Source: the human T2T-CHM13v2.0 reference genome, Homo sapiens. Taken from it: a stretch of 64,000 bases of DNA. The notes under the pieces were generated by a model that saw nothing but the letters and a program-made list of their open reading frames with translations, made no database searches and was not told the origin of the DNA. Made by a program: the position numbers and the translations under genes. The stretch lies in the NCBI RefSeq assembly GCF_009914755.1, contig NC_060931.1; one strand, 5' to 3'. Positions 12,520-27,547 of the stretch are shown piece by piece; positions within the stretch are counted from its first letter, which is position 1, and every line of letters starts with the position of its first letter.

Positions 12520-15500
12520 TAAGGTATAAGTGAAATATTCTTATTTATTTCTTCCTCTAAGTAGCCTATTTTCAATTATTTTCTAACCCACAATTTACAT
12601 AGTGTACTATATGTAACTGTATTTGTAATTGAGTGTCTAATATGTTCTAACAATTCGAGCTTTCAAATATGATTAACTCCTGCCGTGGAGTTACATTTCA
12701 GCAGGTGCTTAATAGGATGATCATGCTGTTGTATACTTTTCTGTCAAATAGATCAGTAGTTTTTAACCTCACCTCCCTCTGTACTGGGAAAGAGTGCTAA
12801 AATTTTTGACAGTGGCAACTTTCTGGATGGTGTGCTTGATTTTCTAGAGGATCAACACTTCCCATTTCACAACAGGTTAGTTAACTTGTTTTTCAGTAAA
12901 GACCTCTGTAGTCATAGAAGATACGTATTAAAGTATTTACACATTGGCTATGTATTTTTTATCTTTTCAGGTATTGGATGAAACCAATGTGTCTAATTTT
13001 AAAATGTTCCCTCTCTATATTTTGCTATTATTGAAACAAATTTGGATAATAATAAACACTGTAATTTAAGAGCAGCGCTGTTTCCTAATTTGTGAGATCG
13101 CCGTCTAAGTACTTTCCTTGGTTATACATACCCTGAATCTCTCTGTGAATGGTTAGGTAGAAATACTAGCTGTATTTGTCCAGAAAAGAATATAAGGAGA
13201 AATTGTGTTTTAGATGTATTTCAAAGATTTAGTGGACAAAATGTACCTGAAGTTAGGATGCACTTGATTAAATAACCTCACCTCTTTCTGCAAATCACCT
13301 TCCATACCCATTTCATTGTGATCAGATACAGGAAATCCCCAAAAGTGTGCCACCCTCAGAAGCAGATGACCTCTTTAAAGGAAATTACTAAGTTGGGAAT
13401 TTTTAAATGAGTTAGTTAATCTTCTTCTAAGAAATAACACCAAAGAGGAAACCAGTACTAAAAACACAAATTTTAGTATTCTTGGCAAGGTGTTTTTCAA
13501 TTGAGACATGTAAAAAACATATTGTTTCTCAATCAACATCTGTTATTTCCGTTTTTTTTTTTCTTCAAGGAACGCTTCATTAGTATTTGAGAAAGGCTTA
13601 CAATCAACAGAATTTCAGCAAATGTCATACTCAAACATTTGCCTTGCTCTGACTTCTGATGTTGGAAATTCATTTTTAATGAAGGTTTTTCTATACAAGA
13701 AATTTGAACCTTTCTTTTTTCTAAAAAAGAATTCTGTGGGTGAAAAAATTCTTTAGACGATCAGAAGACACTCTATTAATTGGAGAAAATAAATAGTTGA
13801 TGTATTTTTCATTCTAGCCAAAAATGATAGTGATTTAGGAACTACTGTAGTTGTTGCTGGAAACCGGGGGTGGCAGGTTAAAAGCAATGTTTAAGAAATT
13901 AAGTTAAACTTTTTAGAATCTGACCCTTATGAATGCTTTCAGTATAAGCAACATGTGAAAGCATGAGTTGAGAGAAGGAATTGATAAAATGCAAAGAGAA
14001 TTCAATCTGTAGGGAAGCATTAACTCTTCCCTCTCCCTTTGACTCTCCCACCCCTCCATGCCCTGACCCACCCTCATCATGAATAGTGATTTCAGTAAAA
14101 GAAGCTCTTCCTTCCCCTGGACTGAATTTGTAACAGTTGGGGGAAAAAAAAAAAGTTTTGTGTTTTCCTGTTTTCTTTTGCAATATTAATGTTTATGATA
14201 CTTTAAGGTAAATAAGGACTCAGAACATAAAAATATTCCTTGTTTTTCAAATGAATTGATGTGATAAGTCTTAATATTAAAACAATACAGAAGGAGACCA
14301 GAAACTGTTCAGATAGTCATTAATGATGGCGGTAGAGTGGAAGAAAATCCTAGACAATTCAGGGAAAGTCTTCTAGCGGTAAACTGTCTTTTCCCTGAGA
14401 GTTTGAGTAATGGAGCCAGTAGGTGAATTTTATTAGGTTGGTAAGTTTGAGTGGAGGATGAAAGAGAGTGACAAGAGAAGGGATGCATAAAATTTCATAA
14501 GTTATGGTTAGTATCCCACTTGCCAAATGTAGCTAAAATACGGTTATAGAAATGATTTATCACTTCTATGGTCTCTCTTTTCTTTTGTCTTCTTAAATTC
14601 AACACATTTTTAACATTTCAGAATGTTTCAAAGTGGCATTTTCTCTTTGCCATTTCTATCTGCTTAAGGGTCTTGTCATCACTACAGCTACTTTGTGAGA
14701 TTATCTGAAGAATGAATGCAGTGTTCCTGAATATTAATATATTAAAAGCAGTGAAACACTGAAAATACCTGGGTTTTTTTTCCTTTTTTTTTTTTTAAGT
14801 GAGAGTCTCCACCTCAACTCAAATGGAACAAGAAAGTTTTCAAGTGAGACAAAAATCCCATTGTTAATACTGATCAGTACAGGCTAGGCAGTGAGGAGGA
14901 AAAAATGAGGCATCTGTGGAATACAAATGAAATGAGCAGGTTGGCTATCGGGTGTTTCAGGATATTAACTTATTAGCTGTTTGCTTTCAGTAAAGGCATA
15001 TCACACACATTTTCACTGAATAAATAAATAAATAAGTCGGTCTACACTAAATAAACAAAGTGAAGAGACTAAGCAATATGGTTTAAAGGATTACTTTACA
15101 TCTGACTCACGCAAAGCAGATGCATAGAGTTCCCCTTTGTTATCCACTGAAAAAGAATGTTGCACCTCAGATGTAAGTTTATTACAATCTCTATGGCCTA
15201 GGAAGAGGACTTTTTTCTTTGTCTTAAATGTTTTTAATGAGCTTGAAGCTGGTAAGAATAAAGAACAGGAATGCTGAAACCTAGAATTAAAGCTCCTTAA
15301 AAGGGTTTATTATAATGGCAAAATCAACTGTTTGGTAAATGGTGATTCAAAATCTACAGTGCATTCTGCTTTTTAAGGGCACAGATTTCTGTAAGTTGCA
15401 ATAGTTAGAAAAAAAATGACTTCAATTATTTTTATTCCATATTGTCTGAAGTGTAAAACATCATTTGATCCAGTTTATGCTTCTTTCCCCGCCCCCCAAT

Positions 15501-16137
15501 GTGTAGAGTAGCATTATATTCCAGGTTTAATTTCACTGCCTTGGCTACAAAAGCAGCTGTCACCTTATGGAGGAGATTAGAAAATGCCTTGTTTATTAGT
15601 TAACAATGTTTTTATTATTGACAATAATGTGTTTTTAAAAATTCCATGTTTTTCTTAGAGCATATCCATAGAACTAATCTCTTTGAAAATCAATCAACAT
15701 AAATTCATTTTCCTTTTCCTGTTGTATCAAACAGAACAGAAATAACATCCAATATGTCTAACTTTGAATCTTCTTAAATTACAGATTCAAGGTGAAAAAG
15801 TTTGACTTGAGGACTTAAGTGACAATGTGAGTATTCCCTTGGTTGATTTTTTAAAGTTGATACATAACTTTGGTGACTTAAAGCACTTTAAAGATCCCCA
15901 AACATCTAATTAAAGTTTATAATCTTCCTTTTGAGACAAAAACGATGTTCGCCCAATGCAATTGTGTTCTCACATACACTTTGCCATCTCAACTAAAGCT
16001 TTATCAGTGAACTGTCACAATGTGCTGATTATACATGAGGAAAACAAATTTATTTTTTTATCCTATGATTTAAAACAATGAGTGTAGTTCTCATTGTGTA
16101 ACTTTGTTGAAATGATATTTGATATTTTTGATAGAAT

Positions 16138-16362
16138 TGTACAACATGGCAACTATAGTTTGCAATATATTGAATTCTAGAAAAATGCTAAGAGAGTGAA
16201 TGTAAAGTGTTCTCACCACAAAAGTGATAACTATGGGAGGAAATGCATATGCTAATTAGCTAGATTAAGTCATTCCACATTGCATACATGCTTTAAAACA
16301 ATATGTCCTATACAGTTAATACATCCAATTTTATTGTCAATTTTAAAAATAATAAATAATAA
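16138..16362 (+). mobile_element. L1MA-type 3' end fragment
   Basis: aatgctaagagagtgaatgtaaagtgttctcaccacaaaa...gctaattagctagat... followed by an A-rich tail. Confidence 0.8.
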
Positions 16363-17475
16363 TCTGATATTTTAGTGGTCTAATTTCATCTATTAAATAT
16401 TCACTGCACATTTACTGATGCTGTGAAGCCTCTTTCTATTCTGTTAAATCAAAATTGCAATCACTTATGGAAATAGGAAAACTGAAATTGAACAAACCAA
16501 GTTAATGTGGTAGTCTCTTTCTTGGGCTGTTGACATGACTTGGTAGGTGCTTGCCACAGTGTGCAATCCAGCGCACTTAATTTGTTTCCAGAGAAATAAT
16601 TTCAAATATACTCTTTCTCTACCCTCAAAACTGGTAACCATTGAAAACATTTTACTTATCACATACCTTGCATTGTTTCCTTTATATTTATCCATTCATT
16701 CAACAAAATTTTGAGATATGTTTAGGCGCCAGTCTTTGTGACTTACAAAACTAATCACAGGTTATTTTTTTAGGATACAGATGTATATTCCTAGTCATGA
16801 ATGTCCTAATGCCAATTTATCTCTTTTTTCCCTGCCCCAAGTTATATAAACCATCTATAAATCTTTCTGTATCTATTTTGGCATAATGTGCTTAATTTTT
16901 TAATACATCTATACTGTTATACTCATTTCATTAATTCCTGTGTTGTTTTTCATCCCTTCTAGTAATATCTTCTCTATTCTTCTAGAAGACTCTAGCTGAT
17001 GACAGATTGTCTACATATTTTGTTGGATTACTCATGATTAAGGGCTATTGTATTCCCCTAAAGCTAATCTGCCTACAGTTTGCATTAGGGACTCAGGATA
17101 TAAGATTTTGCATTAGGGACTCAGTATATAGGATTACTTTATATATTTTTGAAAAAGCCTTGCATAATACATCACAATATTTTGCAAGTATTCTAGGAGC
17201 TCCTTCTTCCTATGTTTCTACGGTGTTGAGTGCATTTATCTATTATAGTTCCTATTGCTTTGTATCACATTTCCTCAGTGGACTCTAAATTCAAAGGGAA
17301 GAGAAGCCTTTTTTTTTCTTATTTTATTTTTAATGCTCAGCATAGAATTTGGCACAGAATAAAGCCTATCCTATTAATTAATGGATTAATTAATTAGTCA
17401 AGGGAAATGTATACTAATTAAAATATTATGTTCAGAAATCTCCTAGTTTTAACAGTTTTGTAGAAAGTATTTCTT

Positions 17476-17513
<38 letters not shown>
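17476..17513. repeat. (GT)n(AT)n microsatellite at Alu tail
   Basis: Direct reading. Confidence 0.9.
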
Positions 17514-17822
<309 letters not shown>

Positions 17823-20272
17823 TCTTTGTAGATATAATTGCACTAGTTGTTCATGCTTTTATGTTAAGCATGTATTGGAGTGTAGGCCATGGCATTAGAG
17901 AGAATTCTAAAATGCTGCTAAAATAACTACATTATAGTTCACAAAACAAAATATGTTTAGTTTCTCCTTCAAAACATAGGAAATTTCATTGTTATTAACT
18001 TTTATACAATTATATATCTCTTTTGAGATTAAAGACTCCTCTTCAGATTTACTATAGCCGGCGGACTATCACAGTATGTTACTCATATAGATAATAATCA
18101 AAATGAGTATTCTACAGTGTTTCTAAATGTGTAGTGTCTCCCAATGGTAATATTCTATTTTTTTAATTTAAAAATTAAGAACGATGGCTGTGAAACTCTC
18201 AAGAAATAAAGCACCACAATTGTGAAAATTCATGTATTATATAAGACAGAACATCTGGATTTAAGTCATAAGATCATAATTTGTAGCAATATAATATAAA
18301 TGTCAGTTTATTTGTCTAGAAAGCAGTTGATCACCCCCTTTTCCCATCATGGCTGTCAAATGGGATATATTTTTTTATTGCCAAATACAAGGACATCGAG
18401 GATCCCACATTCCCTGACACTGTGGAGTCGGATTTTGCAGTCAAAGAGTTTGGGTAAGCTTCTGGGCATCAGAATTGAACATGGGGCATGAGAATATCAT
18501 GTAGATACTGGGGAGAAAAATTAGTGACTCCGAAATGCCCTTTAGGAGAAACAGGAGGCAACTTCTTGAGAATCACTTGCCATAGGTACCACAAAGGCTA
18601 AATGAAAGAGAGGAGGATCTAGGCTCTTATTAATTTTATGGTTTGAAAAGTTGCCCTTTAAGTATTACATGATACATTTTAAATGTGCTAAATTTATATA
18701 TCAAACGCAGTAGGTTTGACCATGAAGAATCAGATCATGTGTATTAAAATGTGAAGATTGGAGAGGGCAGTAGTAAGCAGAGAAACCATGACTTAGACTA
18801 ACAAGTATGAGGTTGCCTTTGCTAATCAGCCCTGCAACTGTAGGCAGCTGCAAATTGAAAGAGAGCAACGTTTCACCACTTCACAAATTGCTGGTGACTC
18901 ACTTGGCCAGATGTGCATTTGAGATCCTCCATCTTTTGTGGCTTGCACAGAAAGAATCGTATCTTTTATGGTAAATCAAGCCTTAAATTATTAGAAGACC
19001 CATTACTAGTACTAAATCCTCAACATGTGAGTGAGTTTTAATAACCTAAGTCACAAACTGCATGAGTTAGTGAGTATTTACATTTCAGAGCAAATTATTT
19101 TCCCAGATAAGTGTCATAGTTAACTTTAGGAAGCAGAGAAGTTAAGGTCAACAGGTGAAACACCTGTACAATTATTATGGGAATATCTCCTGCTACTATT
19201 TATATTTCAAGTCATTACATCTCATAGGTCAATAGCACTCTTTACTATTTTAACTACTCAACAAGTTTTGTTTCATGCTGTTTTCAGAACACTAGGGAAT
19301 CCTGATTGGCTGGTAAATAAGTTAATTTTCCATTCTGGTGGAATTTTTACTATAATAGTTTCAACAGGAACATTCTCTCTTTACTTTTGGTATCATTGTT
19401 AAAATACCTTGGCAAAAACATGGCAATGATTACAGTTATGCAACTATCTTTTAACAGTTTCTCAGATCTGCAAATAGACACTGACAAAAATATCATTTAA
19501 ATTCATAAGATGAATTCTTACAGATATCTAAATTTATAAAACAATTCATGTCCATATTTATTTTTTCATAATAATTTCCAGAAGTCTAGAAACAGTATAA
19601 AGTTAAGCATGAAAATATAATTGCCACAATCTGAATAGAATTACAATTCCTATGCATAAGTGTCAATCCATGGCAAAATTCCTAGATTTATTAGCTATAA
19701 GTAGTGTGATATATTCAGTAGACTTTAAAGAATCATGTTTTATAACACTATCCAGAATTTTGAAAGTTCATTCCTATTGTAGTCCCTCAAAAATACTGTT
19801 TCAAATGTATTCAACAGTACTTTCAAATGTGAATTCAATAAATGTGGAAAGCCACTTAGTCTCTTACTAAACTGAGTCTATCAGAAAGTGGTTCGAATGT
19901 CACTAATTATTTTATATGAATAAGCATGTTGTAGCTTTAAACAAACTTAGGCTTCAGTCTACTTTAAAACTAGAGTGCCAGGATGAAAATAAAGACCCTT
20001 CTTTTAGAAATAGAGATGATTGAGTTACATTTAACAAGATGCAGGATGTGGCACTTCAGCTATCTAACAGTGACGGGCTGTTTGCAACCCCAGCAGCTAG
20101 ATCATATTGCCTTTCCCTCATACAATTTCAGAATAATTTCATAAAAATTACATGATTGACACTATGGCATTCTTCCCATTCTGATTTATTTAAATGTTAA
20201 TACCTCCATAATAAATATATACTTTAAAAGCATTAAGAAAGAAAGTAAAATAAGCCAATTTTACTCTGGTGA

Positions 20273-20613
<341 letters not shown>

Positions 20614-20688
20614 TTCCAAGATGGCATTTTAGTCTAAGTAAAATTTACATTTATTGATTGCTCTGATTGCTGTTACTTATCTATTAAA

Positions 20689-20741
20689 TGGTCTCGAACT
20701 CCTGACCTCAGGTGATCCAACCAGCCCAGCCTCCCAAAGTG
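20689..20741 (-). mobile_element. 53-bp internal Alu left-arm fragment
   Basis: tggtctcgaactcctgacctcaggtgatccaaccagcccagcctcccaaagtg, with no tail. Confidence 0.9.
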
Positions 20742-22162
20742 GATACTATTAAATGGGTACTTTCTATTAAATGGGTATTTTCTATAGTTCTTTCTCGTTC
20801 AACTGCATAAATAAGTGACAGGATATGGTAAAAAAAAAAATGAGTAAGATATTTTTCTATGTTTTGTATCATAGCAATTACATATTATAGTAAATATCCC
20901 TTTCTGTAACTCATTCTATCTCTACTTTGATTACCCACCTTTAAATATTCAATTATTTACAAAGTCTTCCAAAATTATTTATCCTAATTATAGGCACCCA
21001 AACAATGATTATCACTATTAGTTAAATCTCTATACATACAGGTGTTTGGGCATGTTTACACATGTTTACACATATTCATCCTGTCAGTAAAGTGCATATT
21101 TCATGAATATATTCGTCTTGTAGCACTGCTTTAATCGAGAGACCTCTTCAGTGGTGAGGCTCTTATGGCCTATTTCCTGTGAGGTTCCTAGTAACATTCC
21201 TTTCACACAATGGGTCCTCAACAAATGTAAGTGAATTACTTCCTGACTATTGTCATGGTTCCTGGGAGATGCAGGGTGGGGCTGACAGCAAGAGACAAAG
21301 CTGGCTGTCAAAACTGTTATTTAGATGAACAGTCAAAGTAGGATTTAAAACAAATTCTGAAGGTTTTCAGAACTCTGCCCATTCTATCAAATCCTGATTC
21401 AAATGATTCTATGTATTCCATAACCCACTAAGATTAATTTGAAAAACAAACCAGAATCAGAAAACTGGTTAAAGACCATTTTCTTACTTAAAATATAATT
21501 GCTTAAAAGGGCTATGTTAAGAAACTCTGTTTAACTGAAGAAATTACTGTGTTCTCTTTTGGGATGTGTGGAAGAGTAGTTTGTTTTAGGGTAATGAAAT
21601 ATGCTTAAATAATAGAATTTCATTACGTATAGGTTTGACAAAAATGGCTTTCATTTTGCCAAGTTCTCTGACCTATAAGCTAAAACTCAGGCATGATAAA
21701 ATTTAAGAGGTCAAGTCATCTTCCTGTGGACATAGGTGTAGGAAAAATGTGTCTTCCTTTTCCTAGTAGGTTGGTGGGGCTGTTGCTATGGGAGGCGGGT
21801 TTCCCTGCAATTGAGCTGCAATAAAGAAAGACTGCTGTGAGAGAATAAGGCTGTGTGTGGAATGAGGACCCTAAAACAGTGAGACAGTGAGGAGATTGCA
21901 GTTATGTGGAGGTTTTTCTTCCTAAGATTATAAGGCATTTTAGTCTTGTGTATTTTATATATGTGTATATGCACACATGCACATGTATGCATACCTACAC
22001 ACATATGTATGCATATTTATGTATAAATGTATATGTGTATATACTTATATATACATGCATGCCTACATTATATACACACACATCCATATTTAATATAATT
22101 CAAAGTAGTTATTAAACTTTTGTACCAGGTTATATACTAAAATGTTAAGAATGGAAAGACAA

Positions 22163-22422
22163 GCCTGGCACTGTGGCTCATGACTGTAATCTCAGCACTT
22201 TGGGAGGCCAAGGGGGGCAGATCGTGAGGTCAGGAGATCGAGACCATCCTGGCTAACATGGTGAAACCCCGCCTCTACTAAAAATACAAAAAATTAGCTG
22301 GGTGTGGTGGCGGGCGCCTGTAATCCCAGCTACTGGGGAGGCTGAGGCAGGAGAATGGCATGAACCCGGGAGGCGGAGCTTGCAGTGAGCCTGGGTGACA
22401 GAGACTCCGTCTCAAAAAAAAA
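22163..22422 (+). mobile_element. AluY with ~25-bp internal deletion
   Basis: gagatcgagaccatcctggctaac and ggcggagcttgcag diagnostics. TSD AAGAA(T/C)GGAAAGACAA at 22147-22162 and 22423-22438. Confidence 0.95.
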
Positions 22423-23359
22423 AAGAACGGAAAGACAAATGAATACATTCTCTGCCATCAAAAATTTGCAATTAAATGAGGGAGGCAATGTAAGACTAGC
22501 CTTTTAGAAATATACAGCAACCATCTACATGTCATTCAACTATAAACTTTAAAACATGGATAAAAGATAATTACTGTTATCTTTTAAAAAGTATTTAATT
22601 AAGCTGAGGTAGTTTCCAGTAATGTGTCATAAAGTAATTCTCTTCTCTACTGAATGATACAAACTCATGAGCGATTTCTGGCATCTTAAGTATAAGTGGA
22701 ACAGTTGGCTTTGACCCATTTCCTTATTCCAAAGAATTACTCTCAGATTTCAGTCTTGCAAAAAGTGATAAAGGCTAGTTTCAGAAATCAGATTCAGAAT
22801 ACATAAAACTACAGGTTTCTTATTACTGCATTATACATGGATCTAAAGGTAAACACTATCACCTGAGTCTCATTACCAGCATTGGATACTGTGTATATGT
22901 AATGCTCTAGAAATTACATTCAACATCTAAATAGAATGTTATTTTATAACAAATGGACTAGTGGCCTATTTACACCTTAATTCAATTTTAAATATTTGTG
23001 ACAAATACTTGCATTTTAGAATCTTATTGTTCCTCCAAGAGTTTTATTTCATGTATGCTATGGAAGAAACATCACTTTTCATACTTTCATTTTGTTACAT
23101 ATACCTGCATAGAATCTGGAATGAAACTACAAAGTAGAGAAGAACATTGTGTAACCACTTCTTAGTGATTCAGCTAATTTTAGAGTTTAGCCTTTCATAT
23201 TACTCAGTGATCCAAGTAGGAATGACAACAAAACGATTCTATCATTTAATCACTCCATGTAGTAGGCTGTGTATGTGTGTATGTTTGTGCATGTATTTGT
23301 GTGAGTGCAGGCTCAGGTTTAGGCCAAATGCATAGATTATATTATTAAATAACAAATAA

Positions 23360-23520
23360 AGAGGCAGTACAGTATGATGAGGGAAACCCAACCTGAGTCC
23401 TATTTCCAGTTTGGGCACTAACCAATTATGTGTTGAGTTAATGAATTTCTTGGGGGCTCAGTGTCCTTTTCTATACATGAATGAGATGGATTAGATAAAT
23501 TCCACCTTCTGTTCCTTCTT
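23360..23520 (+). mobile_element. MIR/MIR3 fragment
   Basis: Degenerate MIR core: ctgagtcctatttccagtttgggcactaacc...gggctcagtgtccttttctatacatga...ggattagat. Confidence 0.55.
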
Positions 23521-24139
23521 GTGCTGAAAATAGTATATCCAAAAGTGTACTTCAAAACCATAGTATAAAATGTATCACTTAAATTACTGGCAATATTTAA
23601 TTATTTGGGTTAGGAGTAAGAATTTAATGGTTCATATTTCTCCATGTAAAACTGTAATTTTAGTTGGATAATAAAATGTAATGGCTGTTATATAATACTC
23701 TGCCATTCAAACTATTCAACAATAACTATGATAGCCCCAATAACAACATATAAATTTATTAAATAAAAATATTTGTAATATACTTCCTACACTAGACTCT
23801 GAAGTAACAACCTGGGATAAAGTCATTTACATGCTTCTGACATTAAAAATAATTGGTATGCTGCAGAAGAATTTGGCTGAAGTTAAAGTTTCTGGAGGGT
23901 GTCTACCATTCTTATTATTTTGGGAAGAAAGTTTACTTTTTTTCCTAAGGGGATCATTAGAGACAATAATGTACATGTTCAATTTACATTATTTTACTCA
24001 AGTACATCGAGATATTCACATAGCGAAAGAAAACCAATATTATTGATAATAATTTTATCCAACTTATTTCAATGAATAGTTATCATTTTCAGCCCTGGAA
24101 TCATTTCCATACACTAAAGTATTTTTTTTGTGGGGAAGA

Positions 24140-24680
24140 AGAAAATGAATAAGATGTGATTCCTGCCCTTGAGGAGGTCCCAATCTAATGAGGGAAAGAG
24201 TTACATAAAAATAAAAAACAAATACAGCATGGTAATTGCTCAGATAACACAGATGATAGGCGCTGAGCCCAACTGGTTTTACAGGAGGCTTCCTGTGGGA
24301 GAGGGTGTCTGACTTGGGTCTTAAATGATGAGTAAGAGCAGGTGAAGAAAAATGGAAGAGGTCATTTCAAGGCTCAGCCAAAGTAAAAAAAGCCATAAAA
24401 TAGGAGAGCGTGTGTGAGTGCAGGAAATGGGAACAATTTTGTCATTAACGGTATAAATTGCAAATAAATAGGAGAGAAAAGAGAAATCAGCAGGGGCCTA
24501 ATCAAAAAGCATTGCTATAGTCATGCTTGTAACTGTAATGTAGGTGACGAAAGCCATGAAAGGATTTTAAGGAAGAGAATGCCATGGGCAGATTTTCTTT
24601 TTAGAAAACGGAATATGGTTGCAGTGTGGAGTGATGTATTTACTAGGAACAAACATGGAACTAGGAAGGCTATGCAGGTT
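24140..24680 (-). mobile_element. L2 fragment
   Basis: atgaataagatgtgattcctgcccttgaggag...aatctaatgaggga and gccatgaaaggattttaag are typical of antisense L2. Probably resumes at ~25600-26100. Confidence 0.6.
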
Positions 24681-25204
24681 TTCTCTTTTTTCTTTTTTCT
24701 TTTTTTTTTAGAAAAGGTATTTATTATTTACACCACTGAAACTAGTCCTGTAAGAACAATATACACCATGTTTCTTTAAAATGATTAATTCCTTTCAAAT
24801 ACAAGAACTTCATAAAGCAATATTGTCAACACAAAACAGTGGTAACATTACGTATCTGCAGGCTTAAGCATTGCAAATAATATTTTTTTTTAATGTTATG
24901 GCTAGATATTTTTACTGAAACAGTGTTAGCACTTAGACAAGATATATCTAGAACAGAACAAAAACTTTTTGTTCATGTTTTTTATGAATGAATCAGTGAT
25001 ATGTTCCTTTTAAAAATTTGTTGCCTTTAATTGCTTTTATGACAATGGTTTTAGGCAGATTCTACTTAGCCACCAAAAAGAGACTCATTCTCGTTCTTTA
25101 GTTTTTATTCTTCAGTCTATGTAGGTTTTTAATGGAATGGTCTATACCAGAGATGACTAAACCCCAAATCATAGCAACTGAATATGAAGAGAGAAGGCAC
25201 ATTA

Positions 25205-25598
<394 letters not shown>

Positions 25599-26929
25599 TT
25601 ATCATAATTCCTGTTATTTGGCACAGATAAATGGAGACATTAACTGAGACCAGCAAGAAAAGAAAAGGTGTGAATATGCCTGAGGAGACAGAAAGCAGTT
25701 GAATTTTGAACTTGCTGATTTTGAGAAGAGTAACAAGTTTGTATTTTAGGTACCCATAAGCATTTGGGAATTCATTTAAAGCTCACATGCCAGAGACAAA
25801 AATTGGTCTATATGTGGGATTCAAGATCAATGTAAAGACAAAAAGTAGGCTGAGGACAGAACTCTGCATTGTGGTGAGGAACAGGTAAAAGAGTATAACT
25901 TTAGCTAGAATAATGAAACAACCAACCTGGGAAGAACCGGGGAAAGTAATGTCATGCATATCCACGTAGAAACTGTTACAACAGTCAGCCAAATATGGAA
26001 GACGAATATTCGGGAGCAGAGCATTGCATGTACTATTTGAAGGAGTTAGGTGGAAATCATAGGTACCCCATGAAGAACAGAGGTGGTAGCAGAAAAAGAA
26101 ACCACATTGCAGTTGGTTTGGGAGACCAAACTACAAGAGAAATAATTAACTAATAATTCTCTGATTTTGACTAATCAGTGCTCTCTCTTTCTCAAATATA
26201 AAAAGATTTAAGAATTATTTTCTGTCCTAGAAGTTTGAATTCACAATGAAAGTGAAAATATTTACTCTAAAAACAAAAACTATTTAGAACACACAGTTTT
26301 TCATTTATCATCACCATATTGGGGAAATTAATTCTCTTTTCTTTTAAATGATTCAATTTCATCTACTTCTCCATTTCCCCAACAAGTGTTTTCACAGTCC
26401 TCTAACAGAAATTGATTCACTGATCACAATGTAATATTATGCCCTTAGCTTTGTTTCAGGTTGCTATAACAAATGATCTTATGAAGAATACTCTTACGAT
26501 GTCTGCAAAACCACTATTCATTATACTAGTCAACATCTCAAATAATGACACACATGATAAATTTCTCCCAGAATTTAGTGCTAGAAAGTGTTTCCTCTGT
26601 TGGAGAACTGATATACTTATTTTTATCAGTAAATTAAAATGTATTTCCTTTTTAACCTTAGTGGATAGGAAGTTTAAAATGAAACAATGTGGTGTGGAAA
26701 CCAGCTTTTTCACATTTCCTAGTTGGTAGCTGGAGTATATATTTTCCTTTCTTTTATGACTTTTCTTGTTCTGTAATAGCTTAATTGTTTATACATATCT
26801 GCATATGTGTGTTTATCAAAATCATTATCAAGTTTTATTAAAAATAAGTAGTACATAACAGCAATAAAAATATTAGTAATATATTATTTGGTTCACATTT
26901 TATTTCAGTCTCTCTTCCTTATTTCTTAA

Positions 26930-27238
26930 TTTTTTCTTTTTTGAGACGGAGTTTCACTCTTGTTGCCCAGGCTGGAGTGCAATGGCTCTATCTTGGCTCA
27001 TCGCAACCTCTGCCTACAGGATTTAGGGTTCAGGGTTCAAGCGATTCTCCTGCCTCAGCCTCCCTAGCAGCTGGGATTACAGGCATGTGCCACCATGCCC
27101 GGCTAATGTTGTATTTTTAGTAGAGACGGTGTTTCTCCATGTTGGTCAGGCTGGTCTTGAACTCCTGACCTCAGGTGATCCACCCGCCTCAGCCTCCCAA
27201 AGTGCTGGGATTACAGGCGTGAGCCATGGTGCCCGGCC
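26930..27238 (-). mobile_element. AluSp-like inserted at the tail of an older AluJ
   Basis: tttctccatgttggtcagg diagnostic. TTTCTTAATTTTT duplicated at ~26922 and ~27241. Confidence 0.95.
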
Positions 27239-27248
27239 TGTTTCTTAA

Positions 27249-27547
27249 TTTTTTTTTAAGACAAGTCTTGCTCTGTCATCCAGGATGGAATGTAGTGGAG
27301 TGCAATAATAGCTCACTGCAGCCTCAGACTCCTGGGCTCAATGGATCCTCCTGCCTCAGCTTCCCAAGTATCTTGGACTACAGGCATGTACAACCACACT
27401 CAGCTAATTTTTATTTTTAAATGTTTTTTATAGATGAGGTCTCACTTTGCTGCCCAGATTGGTCTTGAACTCCTGGCTCCCAAGTGATCCTCCATCCTTG
27501 GTTTCTTAAAGTGCTGGGATTATAGGCATAAGCCACTGTACCTGACC
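27249..27547 (-). mobile_element. AluJ
   Basis: atagctcactgcagcctc and ctgggctcaa are AluJ diagnostics. High divergence. Confidence 0.93.

Noticed and set aside
27017-27038. Telomere-like TTTAGGG TTCAGGG insert in an Alu
   Set aside because: Better explained as slippage triplication of a 7-mer (caggatt/tagggtt/cagggtt) from the Alu's own sequence.
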